Assembly (NCBI GenBank): GCA_964016885.1
Contig: OZ024754.1
Location: forward strand, 40,920,001 to 40,984,000
DNA length: 64,000 nucleotides
Direction of reading: 5' to 3'
From: Eledone cirrhosa
Taxonomy: Eukaryota
The position numbers were made by a program, and so were the translations under genes. This document shows, in pieces, positions 19,755 through 32,090 of this stretch; positions within the stretch are counted from its first letter, which is position 1; every line of letters begins with the position of its first letter. The notes under the pieces were generated by a model that ran no database searches, had not been told where the DNA came from, and saw nothing but the letters and a program-made list of their open reading frames with translations.

Positions 19755-22031
19755 TTATGGTAGCTTTCGTACTTTTCCGAATTGAGATCAAAGCTCTGAT
19801 ATTACAGATATGTGGTTAGAATGTCTCAGGAAAGAACCACTGGACCGATTTGTAGCTCTGGAGATCAGTAACTCCAGGTAGAGCCGCTACTTCTCTGAAT
19901 TGAGAGATCTCAGCTCTGTTACTATGGACATGTTTAGAATGCTCTGGGAAAGAATCCTTGGACAGATTTTACAGGCAAAATCAACTGGCAGGAGACTCGG
20001 GGGTAGACCTCAAGCAAGATGGTTGGATAACATCCATTAGCTTCGCTGGTCTTGCTTGGGGATCCAGCCGGATCAATTGGAGATGATTGCTTCTGAGAGG
20101 ACCCGCCGGAAGGAGTGTTTGAGGACTCTCCACGGAACATTTTGTATCCTAATTTGTGAACAATAGCGTCGTAGGTTATAATTTTCCAAGAACTTAATCA
20201 CTGGTTCTCAGCATTTCCGAGGGCGTGTCAAAATACTCGGTAAAAAATTATAGAAAGACACCGTTCAGATTTTCGGTCTTCTTGCTGGTATTTATATCTT
20301 TCATCACCAATATATATACCTGAAAAAAAAAATATATATGCAGGTACACAAATATAGTATAAGTATATATTTTATATGTATAATTTATGAGCTTCCGAAC
20401 AGTTTCCATTTAAAAAAAATTTCTCTCACAAGGAATTGGTCTGAAACTGATAGACAAGTTACACACACACACAGGAAACAAACTAGACTATTGCGAGGAG
20501 AACTCGACCACACATCCTTCCCTATAGACATTTCTAATAGTTGTATTTTAAATATTTCTTATACAGATTAATTAGTTACGTATCTTCAGACAACCGAGCC
20601 TATTTTTTTCTAAAATTTAAAAGAATTCTTGATTTATAACTTAAATCTTTGTTAGATTCTAAATATGTAATAAAACCTGATCCGAATATATCGTCTGTAT
20701 TATATTTGTAGCTACTAGAAGAAATAAGAGACGGCGACATTCTACCAATGGAGGAATTTATACAAGCCTTAATCAATGTATGTAATTATGTCTAAATTGT
20801 TTCACAAGTAATAAATTATTTCATGTACCAGTAACAAGTCTGAAAATAGACAACTTAATGCTAGAACAGAACTTTAATTCTTAGCTCTCCTTTCATTTTT
20901 ATTTGAGGGGGACCAGTCAATTAGAAATTGTTTTAAAAGATTCTCTTAGACCGGAATAGGAATAACTGAGGCTAATTTTAGTCGGACGTCTGAGAAATGT
21001 GACATAGCTCTTGGGGTGGGTGGGGTGGTCGGTCAATACGGGGTGGAGTATTTAATATCTTGGCGATAATGTACATAATTTCCAAACATTTGAGATTTTC
21101 AATAGACAAAATGGAACAGAATAGAAAACTAAGAATTTTTAGACCATTTGATCTTCTATAAACTATATTTTATTGGCAATCTTTTAACGGATTCTCCAAA
21201 TAAAATGTTAGATGTTCTCCTTTCAGTTTGCAGCAGATATTTAAATGTCAACCATTACTGAGTTCGTATCAATTTATCATTTCAATAGGGATGCACCTTA
21301 GAGATAAGAGAGATACAACTTTTATTTGGTTGCACGGAAGTTAATCGGGAAACCCTCTACCAAATCATAGAACCTTTAGCTCTGAATGGTGAGGTAAGTA
21401 GAGCCAAACCTTTTAGTAAGAAGTATTACAGATTCTGGTAGTTAGTATAACGACTCTATTTACTCTTTATAATTTCAGCTCAGATATAACCACATGATGT
21501 GCTATATCGAGTTAAAAGATGTACTTCACTACCAGAGACATTTTACAGCTAGGTCAGATGTACAGAACTTGCTTTCTTATTTTGGCATCGTAGCAGACAT
21601 TGTAAACCGACAAAACAGCTCTTTCACGGTGAGCATGTTTCATATCTCTCTGTATTTCGTCCAAATATGTTCCTATCTCTGGATCCCAGACCAGAAGTTA
21701 AAATGTTGACATGATCTCAGAAATTAACTAACGTTTCTTTCTAATTATTAGAGGAGTGATGTTGATCGAACAATAGCTATTTACACTGGCCATATTAACT
21801 GCAATGACTTGAACCTGGAGCAGGCTGATCAAATCTACCTGATTCGGGTGAGATATTTTACTTTCACATTTTAACGTTGATCTGCTTTATCTATTATCTT
21901 TTTCTTAATTTACTAAATATCACTTTTTCTTTTTTCCACCTTCCCCCTCTTCCCTGGAACAGCAAGGATGGAATTCTACCGTTGCTTATCTTCGATCGTT
22001 TGGAGAAAATCAAAACGGTCAAAACATTTGA
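13292..22031 (+). CDS. Patatin-like protein copy 2 (predicted pseudo-phospholipase), 13 exons, ~504 aa
   Basis: Exons: 13292-13495, 13925-14072, 14820-14956, 15807-15942, 18632-18727, 18888-19012, 19141-19238, 19630-19714, 20712-20777, 21289-21393, 21479-21628, 21752-21847, 21963-22031; GT-AG, open frame. Motifs FESLVFEGCGVK, KRFAGVGTGA, TGKELCIVVTN, FLDGGAICNFPLHCFDGWWLSM. Confidence 0.9.
13686..13863. mobile_element. Tc1/mariner (pogo/Tigger-like) MITE in intron 1 of copy 2
   Basis: Terminal inverted repeats CCGTATTTCCCGG...CCGGGAAATACGG with TA at the right flank; absent from the aligned intron of copy 1. Confidence 0.75.
14290..14495. repeat. Degenerate ~39-bp tandem repeat, about 5 copies
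   Basis: Recurrent TCGTTGC[TA]ATAGTTTACC..AACATA. Confidence 0.8.
15528..15779. repeat. (CT)n-rich microsatellite just upstream of exon 4 of copy 2
   Basis: Directly visible. Confidence 0.97.
16674..18597. repeat. 76-bp minisatellite, about 25 copies, intron 4 of copy 2
   Basis: Unit GTGAGATGACCTGTGGCTAAACTTGACCG[CT]A[AG]CGTGAATCTGACCTGGTCAATATAATACATATATCT[AT]ACTAGAA; starts at 16674, 16750, ...; no unique spacers. Confidence 0.97.
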
Positions 22032-23196
22032 TTCAAATACAGAGAAAATGTCTTTATTCGTACTTTATCTCATCTCCTCTGGTACAGGAAAACTTAAAGG
22101 TCGAAATATTTAATTTACATAAAATACAGAAATGTTTACTCCAACTTTTCATCATTCGATTCTGCAACAAAATTCACTGAAATAATTTTGTAGCTTTCAT
22201 TTTAATAAATACTTCAAACGATCACTTAATGTGTTTTTAAATAATTTTTGTTGATTGGTTATTTTATTGATATCGATTTCATATCAATTCGAACCCTTGA
22301 AAGATTTAGACACATTGGGTGTGTATTGTGTATACATTGCTATAGCTTGGTTTCTTATTTCTGTTACGAGCCGCCTATTCTCCGCAGTAATCTCATTAAT
22401 TCGTCGAAACTGCCGGAGGTTGAGATTGGAAGAGCATATTTTAGTGTTTGTGACCTGTTCGCTTCCATCCATTATTTTTTCCTCCATCCTATCTTCTCTT
22501 CCTTTCTTCGAATCAACCCACATCGAGCCACTGATCTGTCCTTCAAGGTAATATTTTACCCAGCACCGCTTCGACGGTATTTTGCTGTTCTAACAACTTC
22601 TATACGCCGAATTTTTCCCATTTTCCTGAGGAGCATTGTTTTAATGGTAAATGTTCTGGAAAATTCACTGGATTCTACAAATGCTGAATGGTCTTAAGTC
22701 GAAACATTTACTGGAAATTGATTAGTTTCAGGGATTTAATGAATTTTTAATAAAAATAAAACAGTTTTACCATATTTCTTATGAAACACAGCTTGTGATT
22801 TTTAAATTCAAAATCAGTTTAGTGGTTTCATAGTATAACGCATTGATGTTTTATATGAAATAATTGTTTCTACTTTAGGCGCATGGCCAGCAATTACCCA
22901 GTACATTACTGGTACTTTATTTTATCGACCCCCGTAAGGATGAAAGGCAAAATTAACCTCGACGGGATTTGAACTCGACGTAACTATGCTGGAAAGTATG
23001 GCGTCCGACCCTCTGCCGATACTGCCAATTCACCGCTCTTTTATATCAAATATTAGATTCGTTTGCAAGCAAACAGCCTCATAACGCTGTTTTAGACGAC
23101 CGTCATCCTTTTTGTTCGTTTTCGTTTATTTGGTCTTTGGAAGATTTTATATAAAACTACAATAACATTAAAGCATGATGGAATTTTTATTATTAT

Positions 23197-23234
<38 letters not shown>

Positions 23235-23521
23235 CTAAAAATAACAGCTTTGTACATTAAAAGCAGGGGCGAAAACTTCAGCGTATTAGCTTAAAACCCA
23301 CTTTATTATAGTTAAATTGAATACTGTATTCTGATATGAAAAAGCTGCTCCATGAAATCTAACCTAGGGCTACAATGTAGGTATGGTTGTGTGGTTCAAT
23401 TTATTCCACATCTAGATGGTCTCTGGTTCGATTTTTAGAGCGGCATCTTGGACAAGTTTATCCAACCAGAGCTTTGTAAGTAACATTTCGTAAGTGGAAA
23501 CTGCAAGCCCATGATAAGGGT

Positions 23522-23832
23522 GTAAGAGGGTACTGAAAAAGGAACATGGGCGCTGCTCCAATTTAGGTTTGAAAACTGAAGTCTCTCTCCCTGTCTCTGT
23601 GCGTCTCTCTTCCTCTCTCTCTCTCTCTATCCGTCTCTGTGTTTACCTTATTAGGTGACCCGTGTTGTCTTAGATGAACTTCATAAGAGGGTACTGAAAA
23701 AGGAACATGGGCGCTGCTCCAATTTAGGTTTGAAAACTGAAGTCTGTCCCTCTGTGTGTCTCTCTCTTCCTCTCTCTCTATCCGTCTCTGTGTTTACCTT
23801 ATTAGGTGAGCCGTGTTGTCTTAGATGAACTG
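23522..23832. repeat. Direct tandem duplication of ~160 bp
   Basis: TAAGAGGGTACTGAAAAAGGAACATGG...CTTAGATGAACT occurs twice in succession. Confidence 0.9.
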
Positions 23833-24697
23833 GCGATGACATTTTTCTGTAAAATATTGAAGGCCACCAACCATTTGGCTCTTGTGATGCTAACCCAATC
23901 GATAAGCTAATGTATATTTTTTTAAGAGTCCATCAGATTATATTCATAAACATTTCATTTAGAGTCTGCAAAAATCCCATAGGGTTCTACTGCACATCCA
24001 GGTTCAACAGATTTGCAACATTTTTAGCATGTTAGGTTCGGTTGTAATGGCGTCCCCTTCTCTAGATATAATCGGTTTCATACAAAACGGGGATGCACAG
24101 TATCTATCCACAGTATATACATTCTAGTAAGGATCTAGCAACAGGAATTCTCTACGATTTGGTATTGAAAAAAAGAATTTTACTTGATTCCAACTAGACA
24201 CCTATTAAAAATAAATCAGTATTTTTGGATAAAGAGGTCTTAACTCGTAGAGTTGTAGCGGGCGTTATCATGACAAACTGGGTGCCGTCGGAGTGTTAGA
24301 CCTAGGAGAGCCCGTCCCTCTCCAGGTGTGAACACAGCCGGTTTCTTACAGAAGAAGAATTGATCACAGTACCGGACTGGTAAATTTATCGACTGCGAAA
24401 GGATGAAAGATAAAGTTGATCTCGGTGTGATTTGAACTCCCAGCCCAGAGAATCGAAACAAATACCCAGGAATTTTCAAAGCCACTCTCAAGGACTCAGC
24501 CAGTTTATTTTTATTCTTAGAATTTAATGTCTCAAAATAAAAAAAAATGGAAACAAAGTTTTAGAGGAAAGAAAAGTTATGAGGGTCACATTTTCTCTCA
24601 AGAGAATTAAGATCGTATCTGAACGCTTATCAACTGACAAGAAGACACATACAACAATCGAAATGATGACTCTCCTAACGTTTACTCCATTTTATGG

Positions 24698-24860
24698 CAG
24701 GCATGTCAAACATGCGGCCCTTTACAAGTACACCTGCGGCTCGAACAAAGGTTTATCTTCATTAGTTGTAATGTGCGCAATTAGTTGTCGTGTGTGGCCC
24801 CCAGACAACACACATTTGACATGTGTGGCCCTCGGGGGGACCCTCAGCTTGATATTCCTG
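24698..24860. mobile_element. hAT-type MITE
   Basis: CAGGCATGTCAAAC left TIR, degenerate right TIR, 8-bp TSD TTTTATGG on both sides. Confidence 0.75.
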
Positions 24861-26856
24861 TTTTATGGTATCTGACTTCCGTTGCAAATAACAGAAACTA
24901 GCGAAAGTGATTCAATTTTCTAAGTATAATCACCTTTACGTGTGGAGGCACGTGGCCTAGTGGTAAGGGTGTTGGACTTACGATCATAATGTCGTGGGTT
25001 CGATTCCTGGGCTGCGTGTTGTGTTCTTGAGCAAAACACTTCATTTCACGTTGCTCCAGTATACTCAGCTGAAAATGAGTACCGGCAATAGCTGGGGGTT
25101 TAACCTTGTGATGGACTGGCGTCTCAGCCGCTTCACGCCATGAAACCGGACTAAACACCGGCCAAATGAGCCTTCTGGCTTAAGAAAAAGAGGGATTCAC
25201 CTTTACATAATTAATCTACCTTGTCAAGAGAATTCTTTATTATACCTACGATAAGACAAAGTTAAAGTCGGTTCTAAGTCGAAGGATCATCAGGTTGGGG
25301 ATTATTCCCAGTGTCCTTGACATTAAGCGACTGAGAGTACAAGACTCTCCCTGGCCAGGACGCCAGTCTATTGCAGGATTGACTCCCCATCTACTGTTGG
25401 TTATCACTCTCAGTTGAAAGTACTGGAACAACGTGAAATAAAGTGTTTTGCTCAAGAACACAACACAGCAGCCTGTCCAGGAATCGCAGTGATGACATTA
25501 TGATATTGTAGAAATAGTAAAGTCACGTAGAATTAGGGATACGCACATTGTGTACGTCCATCCCACGCCTCCCAGGACAGGTCGCAGGCCTATCACTAGG
25601 TTTTGCAGCATGAAATGGAGACTGCGTTGCTCCCTCTGCGGCCGACAGATAGTATTAGCAATTGGAAAGACATTGTTTCCTCGGTCCTATTTGACGACCC
25701 CCTACCCCCACTCGTTAGGCGAATGAGGCCTGGGATGTTGTCTATCGACTTTCATATGTATTGAGTTCTCTTCCTTTATGATTGTATACAAAGAAGTATA
25801 AGAAATAATTGTTTCTACTTTAGGCACAAGGCCAGCAATTACCCAGTACATTACTGGTACTTTATTTTATCGACCCCGTAAGGATGAAAGGCAAAGTTAA
25901 GAAATAATAAACTGCTAATGTTCATTTCATAATTACACACAAAACAATGTCGATGTAATGAAGTTATTTGTACCTACAATCAACTGCAGGATAATACGAA
26001 CTTCAAGTTGATTTACAATAAGGAACTTTTACTTTAGCACAAGGCTGAACCTCTTCTGGAGGAGCAAACCGACGTAGGAGATTGGTTAATGTCGTCTTAG
26101 ATATGCCAAAAATACGATTTGTTCATGGCTCGAATGCTTTTGATTACAAATGAAACTTTAAGTAGTAAAGGTATGCTCGGGCTGACTCGCGTGTAGCGGG
26201 TAACGTAGATCTCTGGAAAAACACCAAAGAAATGGCAATCTAGAGTCTTTTTCTACGTCCACTTATTACATGCCCCCTCCCTCTTCCAGTTGCAGTTTAG
26301 CCCAAAGTCAACTGTGGTTGAGTATATCTATTATCAAAGATCTTCTCGCTGTTTCCATTCCGCCGTTTTAGACAGTTTATCCTAGATTATATTATGCCCT
26401 TTTTTTAAAAGACGATAGAGGGGTAACCTGTGAGAGATTTGGCTGTTATATATGGGATAATATAATCTAGGATAAACGACAGAATGGTAACGACTAGAAG
26501 ATCTTTGATTACAGGTATACTCAACCACAGTTGACTTTGGACTAAACTGCAACTGAAAGAGACACGGAGAGAGAGTGAAAGAGAGAAGACGTGCCGAAAG
26601 GATTGAATATAAACGACATTTGTTGATTACATGGTTGAAAGAATTTCCATCAGTTAACTTTATTAACAGTTTCAATGGGGTGGGTAGGAATTGAACTTGA
26701 CAAGTCAGGAAGACAGTCTCTAAAAAGACACACAAACTTTCTGTACCTTCTCACACCCGTAACAAAAAAGTGGACGAAGATATTTCAAATGGTATTGGTC
26801 CAAATTTGGTTAAACGGGATATAAATCGAACGACTTGGACCAGTTCAACCAGCAAC

Positions 26857-28947
26857 ATGGGAAGCGGTCAATCCAATACGTCGCGCCTTGCACGGCACTC
26901 CGGTTCTGAATCAAGCCCAGGACTCTTGCGTCTCTCTAATCTCGTCAATAGACATTATCCGTTCGAGAATCTTGTTTTTGAAGGATGCGGCGCCAGAGGA
27001 CTTGCTTATGTTGGAGCAGTGAAGGTAATATTTCAAACATCTTCAATATTTCACAATCTTCCCCACATATTCTATCGAGAAGCTAGTAGCTGGAAATGTC
27101 AATTTATTTTTCTCATTTCCTATGACAGCTGAACTTGATACTAAACAAATTCTTTTCTTGGGTTTATTGCCATTTTTACCAACGCAATATTCACATGTTT
27201 CTTGGTTTCAAATTTTGGCTTATACCTTAACTTAGTAATGGTGCCATCATTTTACTTAGTCAACTTATTATAGCGTTATGCTTGTACAAAATAAAAAAAA
27301 TCTTAAATTTTAAAATTTCATTGCGTTTTACTTTAAGCCAGGCATGTCAAACAAAGAGTCCCCGAGAGCCACATGAGTCACATGTGTTGTCTGAGGGCCA
27401 CATGAGTCACATGTGTTGTCTGAGGGCCCCACATGACAACTAATTGCGCACATTACAGCAAAACAATTATTTTTATATTACGGTCACGCTGTAAAAACCT
27501 TTATGCGGGCCGCAGGTGTGTTGTAAGGGTCGCATGTTTGACATGCCTGCTTTAAGCCACGTTATCTCGTAACTATTCCTTTATTTATTTATTTTTATTT
27601 ATTTTTAATAAAAAAAATAATAATCTGGTTATTTTTGTAATTTTACAGGTTCTCGAAAAAATTGGTGTCCTCTCTAATATTAAGCGATTTGCGGGTGTTG
27701 GCACGGGTGCCGTGGTGGCTTGCTTGTTGGCTACTGGTATGGACTGTTATTCTATGCAAGAATCACTTAACCAACACTTGGAAAATTTGCTTGCTGGTAA
27801 GTATGTAAATTACGTACGAAAAATAGATTTAGTTAAACCTCCTTGAAGCTAACTTTGCACGAAGCTTATTTGAACTATATTTGACGTATAATTTGTTAAA
27901 AAAAAAAACTATTTTTGTGAGAAAGTGACTGTTCAGGGGTCAAATAAGTTTTCCGAAACCGGAGAAATCGCGGTTAATATTCGTTTTGAACTGTTTTCAT
28001 GCGTAAAGTGAATTTTCTAGAATTCTTTATATTTTGATGTAATGTTTTAATATTGTTGGAAACTTGTGAAGTTTTACATATTCTGAATCTGAGGGGTGGG
28101 GCTTGTGATGGTGGTAGGGAAGTCTATAATTGAAACTCTCATTTTGTCGATTTCCAGACAATCGGTGCAGCAACGAAGTTCTACTTGATGAATTACTTCA
28201 TAACTTTGGTTGGAATAGCGGCGATAAATTTCTTGATTGGTTTGGGTCTCTTCTGGAGGAACAATGTAATAACGCCGACATAACATTCCAAGAGGTGAGT
28301 GCATTTTTTTTTTTTTATTTTTTTTTTTTTATTTTATTTATTTATTTATTTTTTTTTTTTATCTTGGCAGACACTAACTTAGGTTATCCATAACGAATAT
28401 TTAATATAGAAAAGGCTTCTACGGGACTAGAACTTTCATTCGTATGAAATCACGAATACGCATTCCTAATAACTTCATACGAATGAAACTGTTCTAGTCC
28501 TGTAGAAGCCTTTTTCTATAATAAATCTTTGTTCTCACTCTGTATTAAGTACCTTACTGTCGTTACTCCCGATTCTACCCGGAATCATAATCCACTGAAA
28601 CATGTGACCCGTAGACAACTGATGAAGGGAGAAATGTCTCTTTTTGTGTTCCCTAATATATATATATATATATATATATTAGTGGATATATATTATATAT
28701 ATAATATGAGCGTTGAAATATCCGAGAGACTCCAGAATACGACTGACAAGGACCCCCCCCCCCCCGTTCTTGCTTTCTTCTTACTCTCATTCCATTTTTA
28801 AGTATGTGTGTATGTATATGTGTGTGTATATGTATATATATATGTCGGGTCACCAGTTGGTGCTACTGGTAACATGTATCCCAGTACAACCCATCTCGTG
28901 GTCGGCTTGTTGGTGACTAAACTGGCAACCCCACTATATATATATAT

Positions 28948-28978
<31 letters not shown>

Positions 28979-29004
28979 ATATATATAATATATATAATAT
29001 ATAT

Positions 29005-29036
<32 letters not shown>

Positions 29037-29052
29037 TATATATAATATATAT

Positions 29053-29106
<54 letters not shown>

Positions 29107-29176
29107 AACATAACGGATTAAAGTTTAAGAAAAGAATCGCTGCTTTCACCCTTTGGGTTTTAGTCTTCAAATTTAT

Positions 29177-29219
<43 letters not shown>

Positions 29220-32050
29220 TTCTACAGGACTAGAACCGTTTCATTCGGGGGAAATCATCAGGTAACCCATTTATATATTAAATATTTATATTCTATGTAT
29301 TGAGTACCTTACTTACTGTGGTTACCTTGTATGAGCTTGTGTGTGTATATATTTTCCAGTTGGTATTCAATATTATGAACATTTCTTTTTATTTCCTTTT
29401 CTTTGGTATTTCAGCTTTATTTTAGAACCGGCAAGGAGCTGTGTGTTGTGGCTATGAATCTAAACCGCATGCGGGAAGAGTACTTCCATCCAAAGACCAC
29501 CCCTAATATCAGCGTCCGTCGAGCAGTTCTTATGTCTATATCTATTCCTGGTAAAGCTTAACTTTCGTCAGATTTGTATTTCGATTGATGAATTAATGTT
29601 TCATGTTAAGAACTCCCGTGGCTGGCATTACTGAGCTACATGACCAATAAATTTGTTGGAAGGGCAAGCCGATTATATTGATCCATTCCATTATTTAACT
29701 AGTACTTATTTTATCGATCCCGGAATGATGAAAGGCAAAGTTGACTCTCACGGTGAGATTCGAACGCTAAACGTAAAGATTTGAAACGAATATCTCCATG
29801 ACATTTTGTTTCCCAGTTCTGCCAATCTACCCCCCCCCCCAACCCTCATCTGTAACTGAAGTTAATATTCACTGCTCAAAGAATCTTCCTATCTCTAACA
29901 GCGAGTTTTTATAGAAACTCTTCAGCTTCTACAATTAGTATATTGAATTCTACTTGACCATAATTTTTCTAAGATATTCTTTTCGAGCAATGAAACTGCT
30001 TTTATTTTTTTTTTTTATTTTTTTTTTATTATTATGCAGATCTTATTTTGATGGACATAAATATAATTGCCTTTAGGTGTATTGGTACCAGTTGAAGTTT
30101 TGCCAGATTCTCTCTACTTAAACTACATGATCACTAATACTCTTAAGTATTGTTGCTAGCTAATAATTCTTGTAATTCTTTACGCAAAAAGACTTTATTT
30201 TGTGAATGGTTTCTCCTAATTTCTGGCGTTATTTCCAGGTATACTTCGTCCCGTAAAATTCAGCTTAAATGAACCTACTCAAGACTTCTACTTAGATGGA
30301 GGAATTCTCTGCAATTATCCCATCCACTGCTTTGATGGTGAGTACAACTAGGTTTCCCTAAATATTGAACTTGTAACACATTTGTAATGAATTTGTAATG
30401 GTGATTTAATTTTTTTAACTTGTAGGTTGGTGGCTTTCCATGAAAACAGGGAAGAAAGTCTGTTATAAATCTCAAACGATTGCTGACTTAAAGGCTTCGA
30501 TTAGGGGTCGATTTGCTGAATTTAACATCAAAACCATTGGATTTACTTTGGTAAGATATATTAGTAAATAGTCGAACTTAATTTTAGAAAATCGCTTCTG
30601 AACATTCTAAGAATATCGATTCTGAGTTTTGTCAATCGGTTTTAACTGAATGGCTATAATTGAATATTTTAATTGGTCGTATGTTTTATTTTCTCCACTA
30701 GTTCGATGAATACCATCGTTATGATAATTTGTTGTACAGTGTGATGAAACGGAGACTAGATCATACGAGAGCCGTAATTCCGATACCAGCAACCGAACTT
30801 GGCAGGTAGGGATTATTAAATACATGTAGCTAAAACTGGTAACTGAGATATATTCAGATATTAGCTCTTCTTTTTTTTTTTTTTTTTTTTTTTTTTCTTT
30901 GTGTCCACCCGTTTAATGTTTGTGTACATATATACATATATACATATATATACGCATACATATACGCACACTGAATGGAATGAACTCAATAGACAAGGAT
31001 ATGGTCTGACCGTGGAAGAACCGAAACCCCAGTCATCGCCTCCATTGCTTAGGCTTTCCCTTTCCGAGCAGACATTTTGACTTCCGCTACATATAAGTCG
31101 GAATCACACACATTATTCAAGACATGACCACTCACTTGACAAATGAAGTTTGTGCCAAACTTCTACACTTACCCACCAGAGAAATCGTCTTCTATAACTT
31201 TTTTTTTTTTTTTTTTTTTCTCTTCCACTCATCAACTTTGAATAGTCTTCTCCCTTTTCCCAAACTTAATTCAAACATCTCTCTCCTCAATTCCTAATAA
31301 TCGCTAATGTTAAACAAATAGAAACTTTGAAATGTTTCTCTAGGCACAGAAATAAAATCTTGCTGTTCTTACAACTAATTTGTAAGGATTTAGTGTAGGT
31401 GTGATTTCTTAGCATATTTTTGTATATATTTTACATTGATAAATCTTTATTTCCTAGAAAATACGTGGATCGTTTGATAAAAGAGGAAGAATTGAAACAA
31501 TCGTTGGATATATTTCCAGAAGCTCTAAAAAAGCTGAAGACAGTAAGTTTGTTAAAATGACACTCTAACAATCAACTAAAATCTAGTTTGATCTATTCAG
31601 CAAAACACTTTCTAGCTATACATTCGTGAGTTTTATAAAAACTTATCCGCTGTTTGAGCGAAAAACGAAATTCTAACTTCCTATTTATATTTTTAGCTTT
31701 TGGACGCAATCAAAGAACGTGATAACTTAGTGTCTATTGAAAAATTGGAAGAGAAACTGACGAGTGAGGTAAGGATATTACATCTCTTGTTAGATTAGGC
31801 TCTACTGATTACATTTTAAATGTTGGTAGAATTCCGTTTATCTAAATTTTCCTATCTTCATTGATTGTTGCAGGACTCTAAATTCACTTCGTCAGATATT
31901 GAAGCTTTGTTTGGCGTTGAAAAAAGCGAAGAGAAACGTATTGAAATTTTACAGAAGAATGCCGGTGACCAGAAGATGGTAAGTTAAGAATTTGGTCTTC
32001 GTTAGTTGCTCCGATTTCTCTTTATTTTCTTGTCTGCGAGGTCTAATAGT

Positions 32051-32090
<40 letters not shown>

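Noticed and set aside
22284-22620. Possible coding fragment downstream of copy 2
   Set aside because: Only faint resemblance to a decayed Harbinger-type transposase with stops; insufficient to call.
24941-25010. tRNA-like sequence
   Set aside because: Head of a multi-copy SINE; no proper cloverleaf, continues into SINE core.
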